Assembly: GCA_013239625.1 (NCBI GenBank)
Contig: MU056737.1
Location: forward strand, 2,683,846 to 2,747,845
Reading direction: 5' to 3'
Source: Lama guanicoe
Taxonomy: Eukaryota
Length of the DNA: 64,000 nt
Shown here: in pieces, positions 25,746 through 37,110 of the stretch
Layout of the letters: each line of letters starts with the position of its first letter
Numbering within the stretch: the first letter of the stretch is position 1
Translations under genes and position numbers: made by a program
Notes under the pieces: model-generated
The model's database searches: none
The model's input: the letters and a program-made list of their open reading frames with translations, nothing else
What the model was told of the DNA's origin: nothing

Positions 25746-28700
25746 TCAGGCACCTTCCCCAGAGAATCACCGGGGGGGGGGGACAGACAAGATCGTAGCC
25801 GTGAGAGTGCAGGCGCCGGGAGGCAGCGCCGCGTGAACTTGCCGTCCGCGCCATTCCGTGTCAGCGTGTGGAGGTGAGATGTTCTCTGAGGATAAAGCTC
25901 CCGCCTGCCCGCCCTGCTGTCGGACACGGCCGAGTCTCAGGTGGCCGTGTGCCCAGCACAGAGCGAGTGTCTGCCACAAAGTGGGCAGAGGTGTCTTTAT
26001 GGGAAGACCGGACCCAGGCACCTGCAAGCACGGCGTCCCCGGAGCGCACCACTGGGTGCAGGCTAAGGGCCACGCGGGTGGTCTTGGGTTTCTCCCGAGA
26101 GAAACTCGCAGAGACGTCTTGCCTGTAGTCGTCCTCTTCGTGGCTCCTTGTTTCCCGTACTTACCTTCACCGCCTCCTGATGGCCTGTTGATTTGGTCTT
26201 TGGTCAGCGTTCTGTCTCACTGCCTCTGCGCCCTGGGCACGCATGGTGAGAGCTGGGTTTCAGCCACACGATAGACGGACTGTTCGGCTGTGGGGACCAG
26301 GCGTCATCCTAGTCGGTCTCTGGGTGTCGCTCTGACAGCTCTCGACTGAAGGTGATGCGGACAAAGCTGGGGTGAGACCACCGAGCAGGCTGAGGGAGGA
26401 ACAGCATTCCTCTGTAGAACGCTCGATGGGAGTCGGGGATGTCCAGGAGGGCGGCGGGAGCCCTGCTGATGGAAACAGATACCAGAAATTTGACCTGGAA
26501 CTTTCCGTCAAGTTCAGAGCTAAGGACCGAGCTCGTGACCTTGCTTTGCAGCCTGGCATCCTCCTCCTTGGGCTGCAATTAGCCTGGTCGGGGAGGCAGG
26601 AAGGGCGCGGCGGTCAGGCTGTGAATAACGAACACAAAGCAAATCAGGCACCACGAAGTGCTTCAGCGCGAGGAGAAGCTGCCCCCCGCCAGGGTCTGCT
26701 CCCCGGGGCGGCCCAGGGCCTCAGGCAGGGCCAGCCAGCGTGCTGGTGGAGAAGGGGGCGCTCTGTTCTGGGGCACGCTCTCTGGCCTGGAACTGACTGG
26801 GCAGGCTCTCCTGCTCGCAGCTCGTCCCCCAGAGCTGGTCACCAGGGCCGGGAAGCGCCGCCCCAGCCGCCGTCCGGAGCAGGGGGAACCGGACCTGCCA
26901 GAGAAGCAACACTAAAGACGCCGCATCCGGGCAGCAGACCCCAGCCTGGGGTCTCAGCAGAAGAGGAGTTTGCTGCAGGGGTGGTGGGTCCCTCAGAACC
27001 GATGGGAAGCTTGAGGGGCAGCCAGAGAGCGGGGGCCGCGGAGGGAGCTGGGTGTGGGGGCCCAGTGAGGCTTCAGTGCTGCCCCCGCCGCCCGGCGCTG
27101 GGAGGGGTGGGGCCCGGCTGAGGGCGCGCCGTCTGCCCGGAGCACACGTGGTGTCGGGAGCTGCTGCAGATAGAAACGCCACGTGCCCGCGCTGGCCCGT
27201 CTGAGAAGCAGCTGGGGTCCGAAACTTCCTGTCCTTGCAAGCTCACGTTATCTCCTGCTCAATGGCTGGGAGTGGGGGACTCCCCCCCATCACCGGCTTG
27301 TGGGGCTGCTGCTGCCACGGGAAGGCCGGTCGGTGTCACGTGCTCCCTCCTCCTGGGCGTCTCCTCGGAGTCCCTGTGTGAACGGACGTGCTTCCCGGTG
27401 AGCAGCCCCCGACTGCAGGGGAGGGACCGCGGGACAGCCAGGCCCACTGCAGCGGCCTCGTGTGACACTGAAACGGTGCACGGCAGGCCCCGGTCCTCGG
27501 GGTCCGCAGCAGATTCTGCGTTTGATTCTCCGGTGCGGGGTGGTCAGCGTCTCCGAAAGGGAACCGATGATCTTACTTGTGTGAGGGGAGAGCCTGCCTG
27601 GACCTGTGAAATCAGAAATGAGACGTCTGCAGGGAGAACGCTGCCTAAACGCGAGCGGAGAGTTCCCACTGGTCCTGAGGGAGGTTTCTCACGATTAACC
27701 ACCTAATCCTGAGAGATTCTGACAAATAATACATGATGCTCCGTGGTTATATTTTTAAAGCTTTTAATTATGCATCGATTGTGAGAGTAAGACAAACACA
27801 TCTTCATCTCTTCGTTACAGAGCCTTAATGAACTTTGGGTATGTGTGGCTGACGTCCCGATGCCCTTGGGAACTTCAGTTCCTTTTAGTCTTTTCTGTCT
27901 CCTTAAGTCACATAAGGATGTGAGACCTTTTGCATCGAGAGCTTTGCTAACACTTCTGCTGAAATGAGGCCGCAAACACTTGGAGGAAAGGTCAGGCTCC
28001 GTGCTCACAGGTGCTCGAAGCAGCTCTGCCTGCAGCTCCGAGGCCGGGCCGGCTTCTGCCCTCTCGCCACTGAGCCCGCTTCCTACCCTCTCTGGGCCTG
28101 GGTCTCTTCTCCCTGCTCCGAGACACCGTGGGACGGACCAGGCGAGGCTGCTCTCCCCTCCGGCTGCGCTTCATGCTTAACGTCTGTGCTGGGCCTGCAC
28201 CATGAAGTCTGCATCCGCACAGGGGACTTTGCAGTGAAGCACCTCCCTGCCCTCAGATTCGCGGCAGTAAAGCGGGGGTGGGGCACAGCCCAGGGCAGCC
28301 CTGTCTCCTCCCTTCTGCTGCTCACACGGGACCCTGCGCGCTGGGGAGAAGTGCACCCCGTGCCTCTGGTACGCCTCCTCCCTGCCCCCAGCCTGCCTCT
28401 CTCTTTTACCCCCTCTTCTTTCTTTCGATTAAATTTGCCTTTTCGATACGGCTTTTCTCTTTGCGAAAGGCTGCCCTTGGAAAGGGGCGGGGGTGAAGTG
28501 ACAGCCCGGCTTCTGTACCTCAGAGCCACCTGGACGACGTGCCCTGGGGAAGGCGTGCTCCTGTCTCTGACTCTGTGAACCGGGGCCGAGGCTGGAAGGG
28601 CGGGCCGGGGCGTGGGCTGCAGGTCCGCCTCGCGTCTTAGCCTCCCCGCTGCAGGAGAGGCGGTCCTGAGAAGGCCAAGCAGAGGGGGTCGGGGTCACTG

Positions 28701-30920
28701 TGTCGTGTTGTCCTGGAGTGACTCCTGCACCGGGTGGAGGTCAGCACGCAAGCCCAGTGTCCCCACCGCACAACTTGTGACTCTAAGCCCCCGAGTCGCA
28801 GGGCCCAGCGTCCCCCAGGAGGCAGGGCACCCGCTCCCTCTGGGCACAGGCCCCTGAGTCAGCCCCTCCGTCTACACGGGGCTTTACTCCAAGACCAAGG
28901 CTCGTCCGTTCAATGGGAAACGGCCCCTGAGCCTTGGAGCTCCCGGGTGCCAGCCATACCCAAAGAGGAGATGACCTTGCCGCTCTCGGTGGAAAAACAT
29001 CCATCCAGCACCTTGTTCTTTTTGCAGGAATTTGTGCATCTGGCACTTGCTTTATTAATAGAAAATCAAACAGCTGTGTGGATGCTGAGTCTGGAGCATG
29101 TTGGGATTTTAAGCAGATGTTGCTGGGAAGGTGCCTGACCTTCCAGGAGGTTACAGGGTCACTTCTTGAAGGAAGCACGCTCTGCCCAGCCCTCGGGACA
29201 AAACTGCCAGACCGCCGGAGGGCGTGGTTCCACGCCTCTGCTGGGCAGCCTGAGGTCTGCGGCTCCTTAAAGTGTCTGGCTCAGACTGTCTTCATCATCT
29301 CCGACGTCCTCACGTCCCCATCGCCCGGTTTCTGCTCACCGTTAATCCTCTCCCGCGACAAATCCCCCGGCCATGTCTCTACACAGACGTGGGGAGTGTG
29401 AGGAACTGCACGTAAAAAAATTCTTGATTCTGGACCACACGCCCAAGATGGTACATAATACGCTCTAATTATGTAGTACAGGTCTTCAACACCATTGAGA
29501 CACTTTGGCAGGACCATCTACTCTGATGTAAGACTGTAGAAGCATGAAAGTATGAAAACCAACCAGCCACTAATCCATTAATTCAAGAGCTAATTCCTTA
29601 AATTTTTTTCCCAAATTTCTTTCTCATGATATGAGCAGCACGGGTTCCCAGTCCTCTTCAGCTTCCGTCTGTCACTCACTGCACACTTGCAGGTTGAGAT
29701 CCTGGGGGATGTGACCCAGCAGTGTTAAGCTTGTCCTAATGGGGAGGCTTATGAAATAGCTGGGGAGAAGCTGATAGCTAGAGACTCTGGCTGTCCCGCC
29801 ACATGATGACACCACTGGGCATGGGGACCGACACAAAGGAGGAGGTCAGGGAATATTCCGGGCCTCCCCTCCTGGTTCTGATGAGCGATGCTGTCCTCCC
29901 GTGTGCCGGGCGGGGCCGGCTGCTTCCCCTCAGACAGTCCGCATCCCACCCCGGCCCTCTGCCCGCCTTGTGTTCAGGAGGCTCTGGCTCCTGAAGGGTG
30001 TTGGGGTCAAGGGAGCCCGGAACTGAGGGACAGAGGCACAGACCTCAGGGCTGGGCGACTCCTCCCCAAACGCCCGAGCCGGAAGCGCCCCGTGTTCCTG
30101 GCCCAAACGAAGGTTTTTTTGGACTCTTCAGGGAGCGTAATGTACCACGCTCTGATGGCCACGCAGCTTCAGAGAATAAAAGCCAGAGACGAGAAACGGT
30201 CGTGCGCAGTTGCGGCTGAGATCTGCGGGGGACGGGCGAGGCCGCGCTCTCGCACCCGCTGGAACTGTTGCGCTGCGCCCCCGGCTCAGGCTGCGCCGTG
30301 TCACGTCCGGGACGCTGCGCTGCGGGGCTCTTTCTGTGAGCTGGAGTTTATGCAGTCACTTCAGCAGCACTGAGCTGAGTCTGGGAGAGTCGGCATTAAG
30401 GGAACACAGAGCTGAAGGGGGGACTGAAAACTATGTGAAAGAGCCCTTTCAGGCTGTCGGGGAGTTGGCCTTCCCGGGGTGACGGGCCTTTGCTGACTTG
30501 GACTCAGGTGATGCAGGGACGGGCAAGAGGAACTGAGTTTCTCTGCTCTGAGACCTGCCAAAGCAGATGATGTTAAAACAGATGACACTCAGCCAGAGAT
30601 GGGAGGGGGTTGGGGGAGGGGCACAGTGAGAGACAGAGAGGTGGGAGAGACAGAGACACAGAGACAAAGGCAGAGAGAAGGAGAAAGACAGAGAGAGAGG
30701 TAGATTCCAGGTAAGCTGCTCAGATACCCACTTTAACAGAAGTGTGAGGACTTTGCTTGCGCTCAGCATCACTGTCTCCTTCTGGCATCACTGGGTCCCT
30801 AAAACACTGCCCTTCACACAGGAGAATGACCAGGACTGTGGCCGGGTTGCATTTAAGCGGCAGATGGATTTGCAGTGAGTCATCAAAGGTCTTGGGCGCC
30901 CCTGGCAAGAGTAGCTTCTT

Positions 30921-31246
30921 AATTTTTTTTTTTTTTGGAAGTAGTCAGTTTACAATGTTGTGTCAGTTTCTGGTGCAGAGCACGATGTTTCAGTCATACG
31001 TGTACAGACATACATTCCTTTTCATTTTCTTCTTCATTATAGGTTACTGCAAGGTATTGAATAGAGTTCCCTGTGCTGTACAGTAGGACCTTGTTCATCT
31101 ATTTTATATATATAACTACTGTCTGCTCATCCCAGACTCCTAATTTATCCCTCTCTCCACCTTTCCCCCTGGTAACCGTAACTTTGTTTTCTATGTCTGA
31201 GTCTGTTTCTATTTGGTTAATAAGCTCATCTGCATAATTGTTTTAG
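30921..31246 (-). mobile_element. Younger artiodactyl/camelid L1 3' end (runs into an assembly gap)
   Basis: polyT, then gaagtagtcagtttacaatgttgtgtcagtttctggtg..cattataggttactgcaag..ttccctgtgctgtacagtaggacc..ggtaaccgtaactttgttttctatgtc. Confidence 0.9.
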
Positions 31247-31453
31247 NNNNNNNNNNNNNNNNNNNNNNNNNNNNNNNNNNNNNNNNNNNNNNNNNNNNNN
31301 NNNNNNNNNNNNNNNNNNNNNNNNNNNNNNNNNNNNNNNNNNNNNNNNNNNNNNNNNNNNNNNNNNNNNNNNNNNNNNNNNNNNNNNNNNNNNNNNNNNN
31401 NNNNNNNNNNNNNNNNNNNNNNNNNNNNNNNNNNNNNNNNNNNNNNNNNNNNN
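31247..31453. other. Assembly gap (N run)
   Basis: Read directly from sequence. Confidence 1.
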
Positions 31454-31653
31454 AAGTCTCCAGCCACCAGGAGACGCATTTGTTGTCTTCTCTCCCCTAG
31501 TATGAAAAAGGAGATTGAAGGCAGTCTACCTGAGTGTTTGGAGAAGCTGCAAATTAGCAGCCAGCAAGGTTATAATGAACATCTGAGCGGTCTCTGCCAT
31601 GGAACAGAAAATCAGACTGACTCATTTCTTCCTCCCTGAGGACGGGGGAGGGA

Positions 31654-31672
31654 TGCTGCCCCCTGGTGGCCA
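31654..31672 (-). promoter_or_regulatory. CTCF consensus motif TGGCCACCAGGGGGCAGCA
   Basis: Reverse complement of tgctgccccctggtggcca matches the 19-bp CTCF core essentially position for position. Confidence 0.65.
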
Positions 31673-33119
31673 GCCTGGGCACGTCGGGCACGGGTCCCTG
31701 TGCCGGGTCCTGATGTGCAGACGTTGGCGGGTGGCTGGGAGGGTGCTGGGAAGCTTGTGGTGAGTAATCCGCACATCCCACGCGCAGATGAGCCAGAGAG
31801 GCCGCCACCGGCGAGGTAAAAACTCCTTTTGCCTCTTGGCTTGATGTTCGCTGATTTCTTTTTTAACTCCCCATTTAATTCTGCTCTCGGCACCTCGGAT
31901 AAAATATTTAGCGGCAGGAAAAAGGCAGCAGAGGCACACAGGAATAAATAAGACTTTCTGTATTTAGAATGAGGCCATTTATTTCTGAGTACAGATCCAT
32001 CAGGCATCTTATTTATGTCTTCTGCAATTTCCCAGCACCTGGATTTCCCAGGGCGCTTTGACTCCCCCAGTATGTATAGCAGCGGAGGTGTAGGAGACAG
32101 GCGCTAATGAACAGTGAGGGCCCACAGGGCCGTTTTCTTTAGGAGTGATCTCATGACTGCATTCTATTTTGACCTGCGTCCTGCCTCATTAAGAGATGAC
32201 AGTCTGTAATGCTGGCATGACCCAGGCAGATGGCGTCCCCAAATGCTGGCCCGCAGCCTGAGCCACCAGACTGCACAGGGCGAGCACCGGACACGGGCCG
32301 GAGGCTCGTCCTCTGGCTGGCCAGGCCTGGCCGCGCTGTGGGAAGTGCAGTAGACCAGGATCTGACACCAAGCCAGCCCTGCCCGCTGCTGACCCGCGAT
32401 CTGGGTGAACGACCCAGTCCCTCCTCACAGAGGTCTCCAGTCCATCTCCTGGGTGCTGGAGTCTGGTCACGGCTCTGGCACTCCCTTCCAGCGAGCTGCT
32501 GGTGTCCCTGTGCGTCCTCCTCTGTGAGAAGCAGCCCCGTGGTCGCTAGGATACTGTGGGGTGGCTGTAGTATCAGGCACAAGGTGGGCATCCGGTCAGC
32601 AGTAGGGCGGGGCTGAGAACACCTGCCCTGCCCGTCCCACTGGATTGTGGCGAAGCTCAGGGGACAGCAGGCCCATCAGTGCCAGAGTCAGGGTGTTGGC
32701 TCGCTGTGAATTTAGTCCTTCCTGCAGCATTTGTCAGAGAAGCAGCAGCTGGGTTGGGGTGAGCCCAGGCACTCCTGAGCGGGTCTGAGAGCATCCAGAG
32801 AGCAGGCTGCAGGCCGGGGTCTGAGCAGGACCAGGGGGCGTGCTGAGCTGGATCCTCTCTTCATGGGAAGGCACCTCCCCTCCGAGTTCCAAAGGCACAA
32901 CTTTGAAAAATCACCTGGAGGCTCTCCGCTCTATAGGGTTTGGGGTCCCCCAGAAGCTCCAGGGGGAGCACTTCCTGTTGAGAGTGTCTGGAGACCTTCT
33001 CTCTTACACGAGGAGCGCCGTGCGGGCAGGGACGGGAGGGAGCACGGTGGAGACATGAGGAGAGGGCTCTGCGCTGCACCAGCTCCAACAGCTCAGTTAC
33101 AAACACCAGCCTGCCCCGT

Positions 33120-33923
33120 CCAGAGACAGGCAGGAGACCTCAACAGGCATTTCTCCAGTGAGGACATACAGTGGCCAATGGGCACGTGAAAAATGCTCAA
33201 AATCACTAATTGTCAGAGAAATGCAAATCAAAGCTACGATGAGGTATCACCTCACACCAGTCAGAATGGCCATCGTTCAAAAGTCCACAAACGATAAATC
33301 CTGGAGAGGCTGTGGAGAAAGGGGAACCCTCCCACACTGCTGGGGGGAATGCAAATTGGTGCAGCCACCATGGAAAATAGTATGGAGGTTCTTTGAAAAA
33401 CTGAAAATAGGCTTACCATATGATCCAGCAATCTCACGCCAGAGCTTATCCATAAAAGGTAAAAACTAATTCAAAAAAATACATACACCCCTGTGTTCAA
33501 ACAGCACTATTTACAGTAGCCAAGACTGGAAGCAACCTACGTGTCCATCAGCAGACTGGNNNNNNNNNNNNNNNNNNNNNNNNNNNNNNNNNNNNNNNNN
33601 NNNNNNNNNNNNNNNNNNNNNNNNNNNNNNNNNNNNNNNNNNNNNNNNNNNNNNNNNNNNNNNNNNNNNNNNNNNNNNNNNNNNNNNNNNNNNNNATTAT
33701 CATACTTAGTGAAATATGGTATCACTTATACGTGAAATCTAAAAATATGACGCAGATGAACTTATTTACAAAACAGAAACAGACTCACAGACATAGGAAA
33801 CAAAGTTATGGTTACCAAAGGGGAAATGTGGGGGTGGGATAAATTAGGAGTTTGGGTTTAGCAGATACAAACTGCTATATATAAAACAGAGAAACAGCAG
33901 GGTCCTACTGTACAGCACAGGGA
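33120..33923 (+). mobile_element. L1 fragment: ORF2 C-terminus plus 3' UTR, 5'-truncated and lacking the tail
   Basis: Translates to [27 protein letters not shown] and [11 protein letters not shown] (ORF2 Cys-rich end), followed by the 3' UTR. Contains the gap 33560-33695. Confidence 0.95.
33560..33695. other. Assembly gap (N run)
   Basis: Read directly from sequence. Confidence 1.
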
Positions 33924-36900
33924 GGCAGAGTCTGGCGGCAGGACCCGTCTGCATCTGGAATCCGCACCGCGAATCCGCGCACTGCAAGAGCCTGGCGTGC
34001 GGGGCGGCCAGCCTGGCTCCCCGACTTCTCGCTGCAGGGAGCTGAGACGCTCCCTCGTCTAAGGCCCAGGGTCTCTCTAACCGAAGGCTTTGTCTGGGGG
34101 GTTCACGGTTAGGAAATGCTGTCAGGAGTCTGTCAGACCGGGGGCTTCTGGCGGCCCTGCCATGGTTCCCCTCACTCCTGGCCGGCATGCGGGTGGATGG
34201 GGGCCTCCCGACAGCGCAGCGGCCGGACGCCAGCCGCACCGGGGCGCGCCAGCCTCTCCGCGGGGCAGGTGCTGGGGTGAGGGCAGTGCGGCCTGGCTCC
34301 TGGTGAACCCTGGGTGAACGTGGCCGTTGGGGTACTTTGGAGCTGTCCCGCCGGCACTGGTGATTCTCGCACTTGCTGAGCACTTCCTGTTTGCAGGGCG
34401 CTTTTGGAGGCTGGTGTGCTGTGGGGGCTGCTCCAGTCGTGGGCAGTCCGGGGCCTGGAGAGCTGAGGCGTCTGTAGGTCCATGTCAAAGGCAGGGAAAG
34501 GCCTGTGGACGGGTGTGGCCCCAAGGGACAGGCCCCCACCTTCGCCCTGGTCACCTCATCCATCGGGTCTCGCTGTGCGCCCCGCACCGTGTGGGCGGTT
34601 TCCCCTCCAGTCTGGGGGGGAGGTGTTCTCCATGGATGTGAGCAGCTCCAGGGCAGGAGCTAGGAGGCCTCCCCAGAGACGACCTGGCTCACTGCCTCGG
34701 TCGGGGCCTCCCCCTCCTCCAGTCCTGCCCAGACTCCAAACCGTACGCTACCTCCGAACGCTGGAGAACTGAAACTCAACTGTTGGGTTTCTAAAGGCCC
34801 GAAACAGGAGTCAGTGCGGCCTGTACGGAGCGCGTGTCATTACTCGGTAGCCCGATGTGATGCTGTCCGCGGGTGTCCACAGGGGCCCGGGGCGCCTCTC
34901 ACTCTGTTACTCACCGGAGCACAGAGGCGGCCCCTGTGCCTCAGTGGCGCCAAGTGGGGGCTGAGACCAGCCGTCGTTTGCGAATTTACCAGGGTTGTCC
35001 TCGAGTTAAACCTGTGGAGCTCTCCCCCGGGACAGTCCACACACCACCCCACCCCCCGCGGCTGTTTTTAAAGGAAGGCGTGGGATGGGGAGCTTCTCCA
35101 CAGAGCCACCACCACCACGTCTTGCTCCTCCCTCATCGTCACGAGCACAGCCTGTGCTGGAGAAGGAGCTGTCCACCCAGGCCCGCAGCCCGGGCTGGGA
35201 GCAGAGTAAGGCTCTCGTCCCCTCATCAGTCCAGTGCCCTGAGTGGGTGTAGCTCGAGGCCGCGGCAGCAGCCCCAGAAAGTTCAGGGGGTGCAGGCAGG
35301 TGGGGACACGGGTGCTGGTGGAGTGGCTCAGCCCTGAGCTCAGTCCTTCCGTCCCAGAAGGCAGCCTGGCAGCATCCTCTGACTGTACCCGTGGCAACCA
35401 CGCCGCCCCAGCCCCTCATCCACACTGAGTTCTTGAGCCGTTTCTCCCTCGTCAGGGAGTATCTGGACAAGTCGAAAGGCAGGCTCTTGTTCTTTGAACA
35501 GTAGAACCAAGAATAATTAATAACTTGCTGCAGTTGGGCATAGTAACTTTTCTGAGTGCTGTTTATAATTTACAGTTAATTAACCCTCCTCTTCAAAAAA
35601 AAATCCACAAAAACGTGAGACCTAATTTCCTGATACAAATTATTTTTGATATCCATGAGTTTTAAAATATGTTTTCACTGGTATTAAGAAGTCATTATGC
35701 AGAACAGCTCAGGCTGATTAAGGTGACTGCTGCTCTGTTAGGGTTTTCTTTGAAAATGTGCAGTATAATGGGCTTTTCTGCAGTGCATCCCAAGAGGAAA
35801 CATTTTCATCTTATAATTGCAAAGCCAAAGCCAACGTATGAAAGAAATGTTATGTGTAATTTTGGGACTGCAATTTTGCTTTGTGGTGAGGGGTTCTGAC
35901 TCTCAGGGGAGGACAAGATGGAGTCAGTGCTTTGAGGAAACGCTTCCTAAACACAAACTGTGGCAAATCTCGGCTGGTAGTTCAGTCACCAGCCAATTAA
36001 AATTCCAACTTCAGAATCTCAATCATGTTTAACTTTCTTGTGAGTGTTATTAACAGAAGGACCCACTTTGGCAAAATACCAGGAAGAAAAATGTAGCTAA
36101 GGACATTAAAAACCATTACAGGGATGATAAAATACGATTTACCTAAGACATTCGACCACTCACGGCTACAGATTCTTCAGTTAATATCGGAGGATTGTGG
36201 TGGAAAAGCCTCTTTTTTCTCCACTGACCGCATCTCAGGAGCCGAATTGACAGCCGTTTTGGTCAGTGCCGGGTGCACGTGGGAAGGTCTCTCCCGGGCT
36301 GCCGGACGGCCCGGCCGTTGGCTTTGCGGAGAGTAAGGCTGGGCGGGATGATCCGAGGTCTGTGGAAGTCCCCGGCCACCTTCATGTCCGTTCCTCTTCC
36401 GTGGCACACGCAGGATCTGAACCACAGCGGGGCAGTGGGCCGGGGGGGCAGAGAGGGAAGGAAGGTGGATGGAGGTGGGCGGGTGCCAGAGACGGTGCCG
36501 TGTCCTTCAGGACTCTCCCCGTCCTCGCTGTGGGATTTGAGCACCTCATTGAAACTTTTATCCCTGCAGTTTCCTTGAGGGAAAAGTAAAGGTCATAGTG
36601 GCACCTACTTGGAGTGGTGGTTCTGGGGAGTGAATGAAAACTTACTGAAACACACATGCTCACGCCTGTGAACCTTGTGCCCGTAAGTTTTGGTACAAGA
36701 AATAAAGAAGAATGATCTGCCCAGACCTGGGGCTGGAGGAGGGGCTGGGAAGTGTTTCCTGTATCAGGGGCCCTGGATCCAGGCAGGCTCTGCCTTCGTC
36801 TCCTTGCCTGGACCCGCCCTGCCTTCCTAGCGTCCTGTCCTCCCCAAGGCCTTACTGCTTCTGAAAAAGAGAGCGGGGAGGACTGGGGCGGGGGCTGTTC

Positions 36901-36959
36901 CGGGGGCCATTTTGGTGCAGGCACAGGACAGGTGTCCCCCTTTGTTCCCAGTGAGGCAG

Positions 36960-37110
36960 ATTCTCGTATCATCTCTGATTTATAGAGGAGACAGCTGAGG
37001 CACAGAAATGCTAAGTCACTGGCCTAAGGTCACACAGCCTCTGCGGGCTCTGCCGGGTTGTGAATCTGGGAAGTCTGGCTCCAGGGTCCATCCTCCAGAG
37101 CACCGCACAC
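36960..37110 (-). mobile_element. MIR SINE
   Basis: atttatagaggagacagctgaggcacagaaatgctaagtcactggcctaaggtcacacagc..tctggctccaggg. Confidence 0.8.

Noticed and set aside
33158-33469. ORF with real protein similarity
   Set aside because: It is the decayed L1 ORF2 C-terminus, not a host gene or an intact element.
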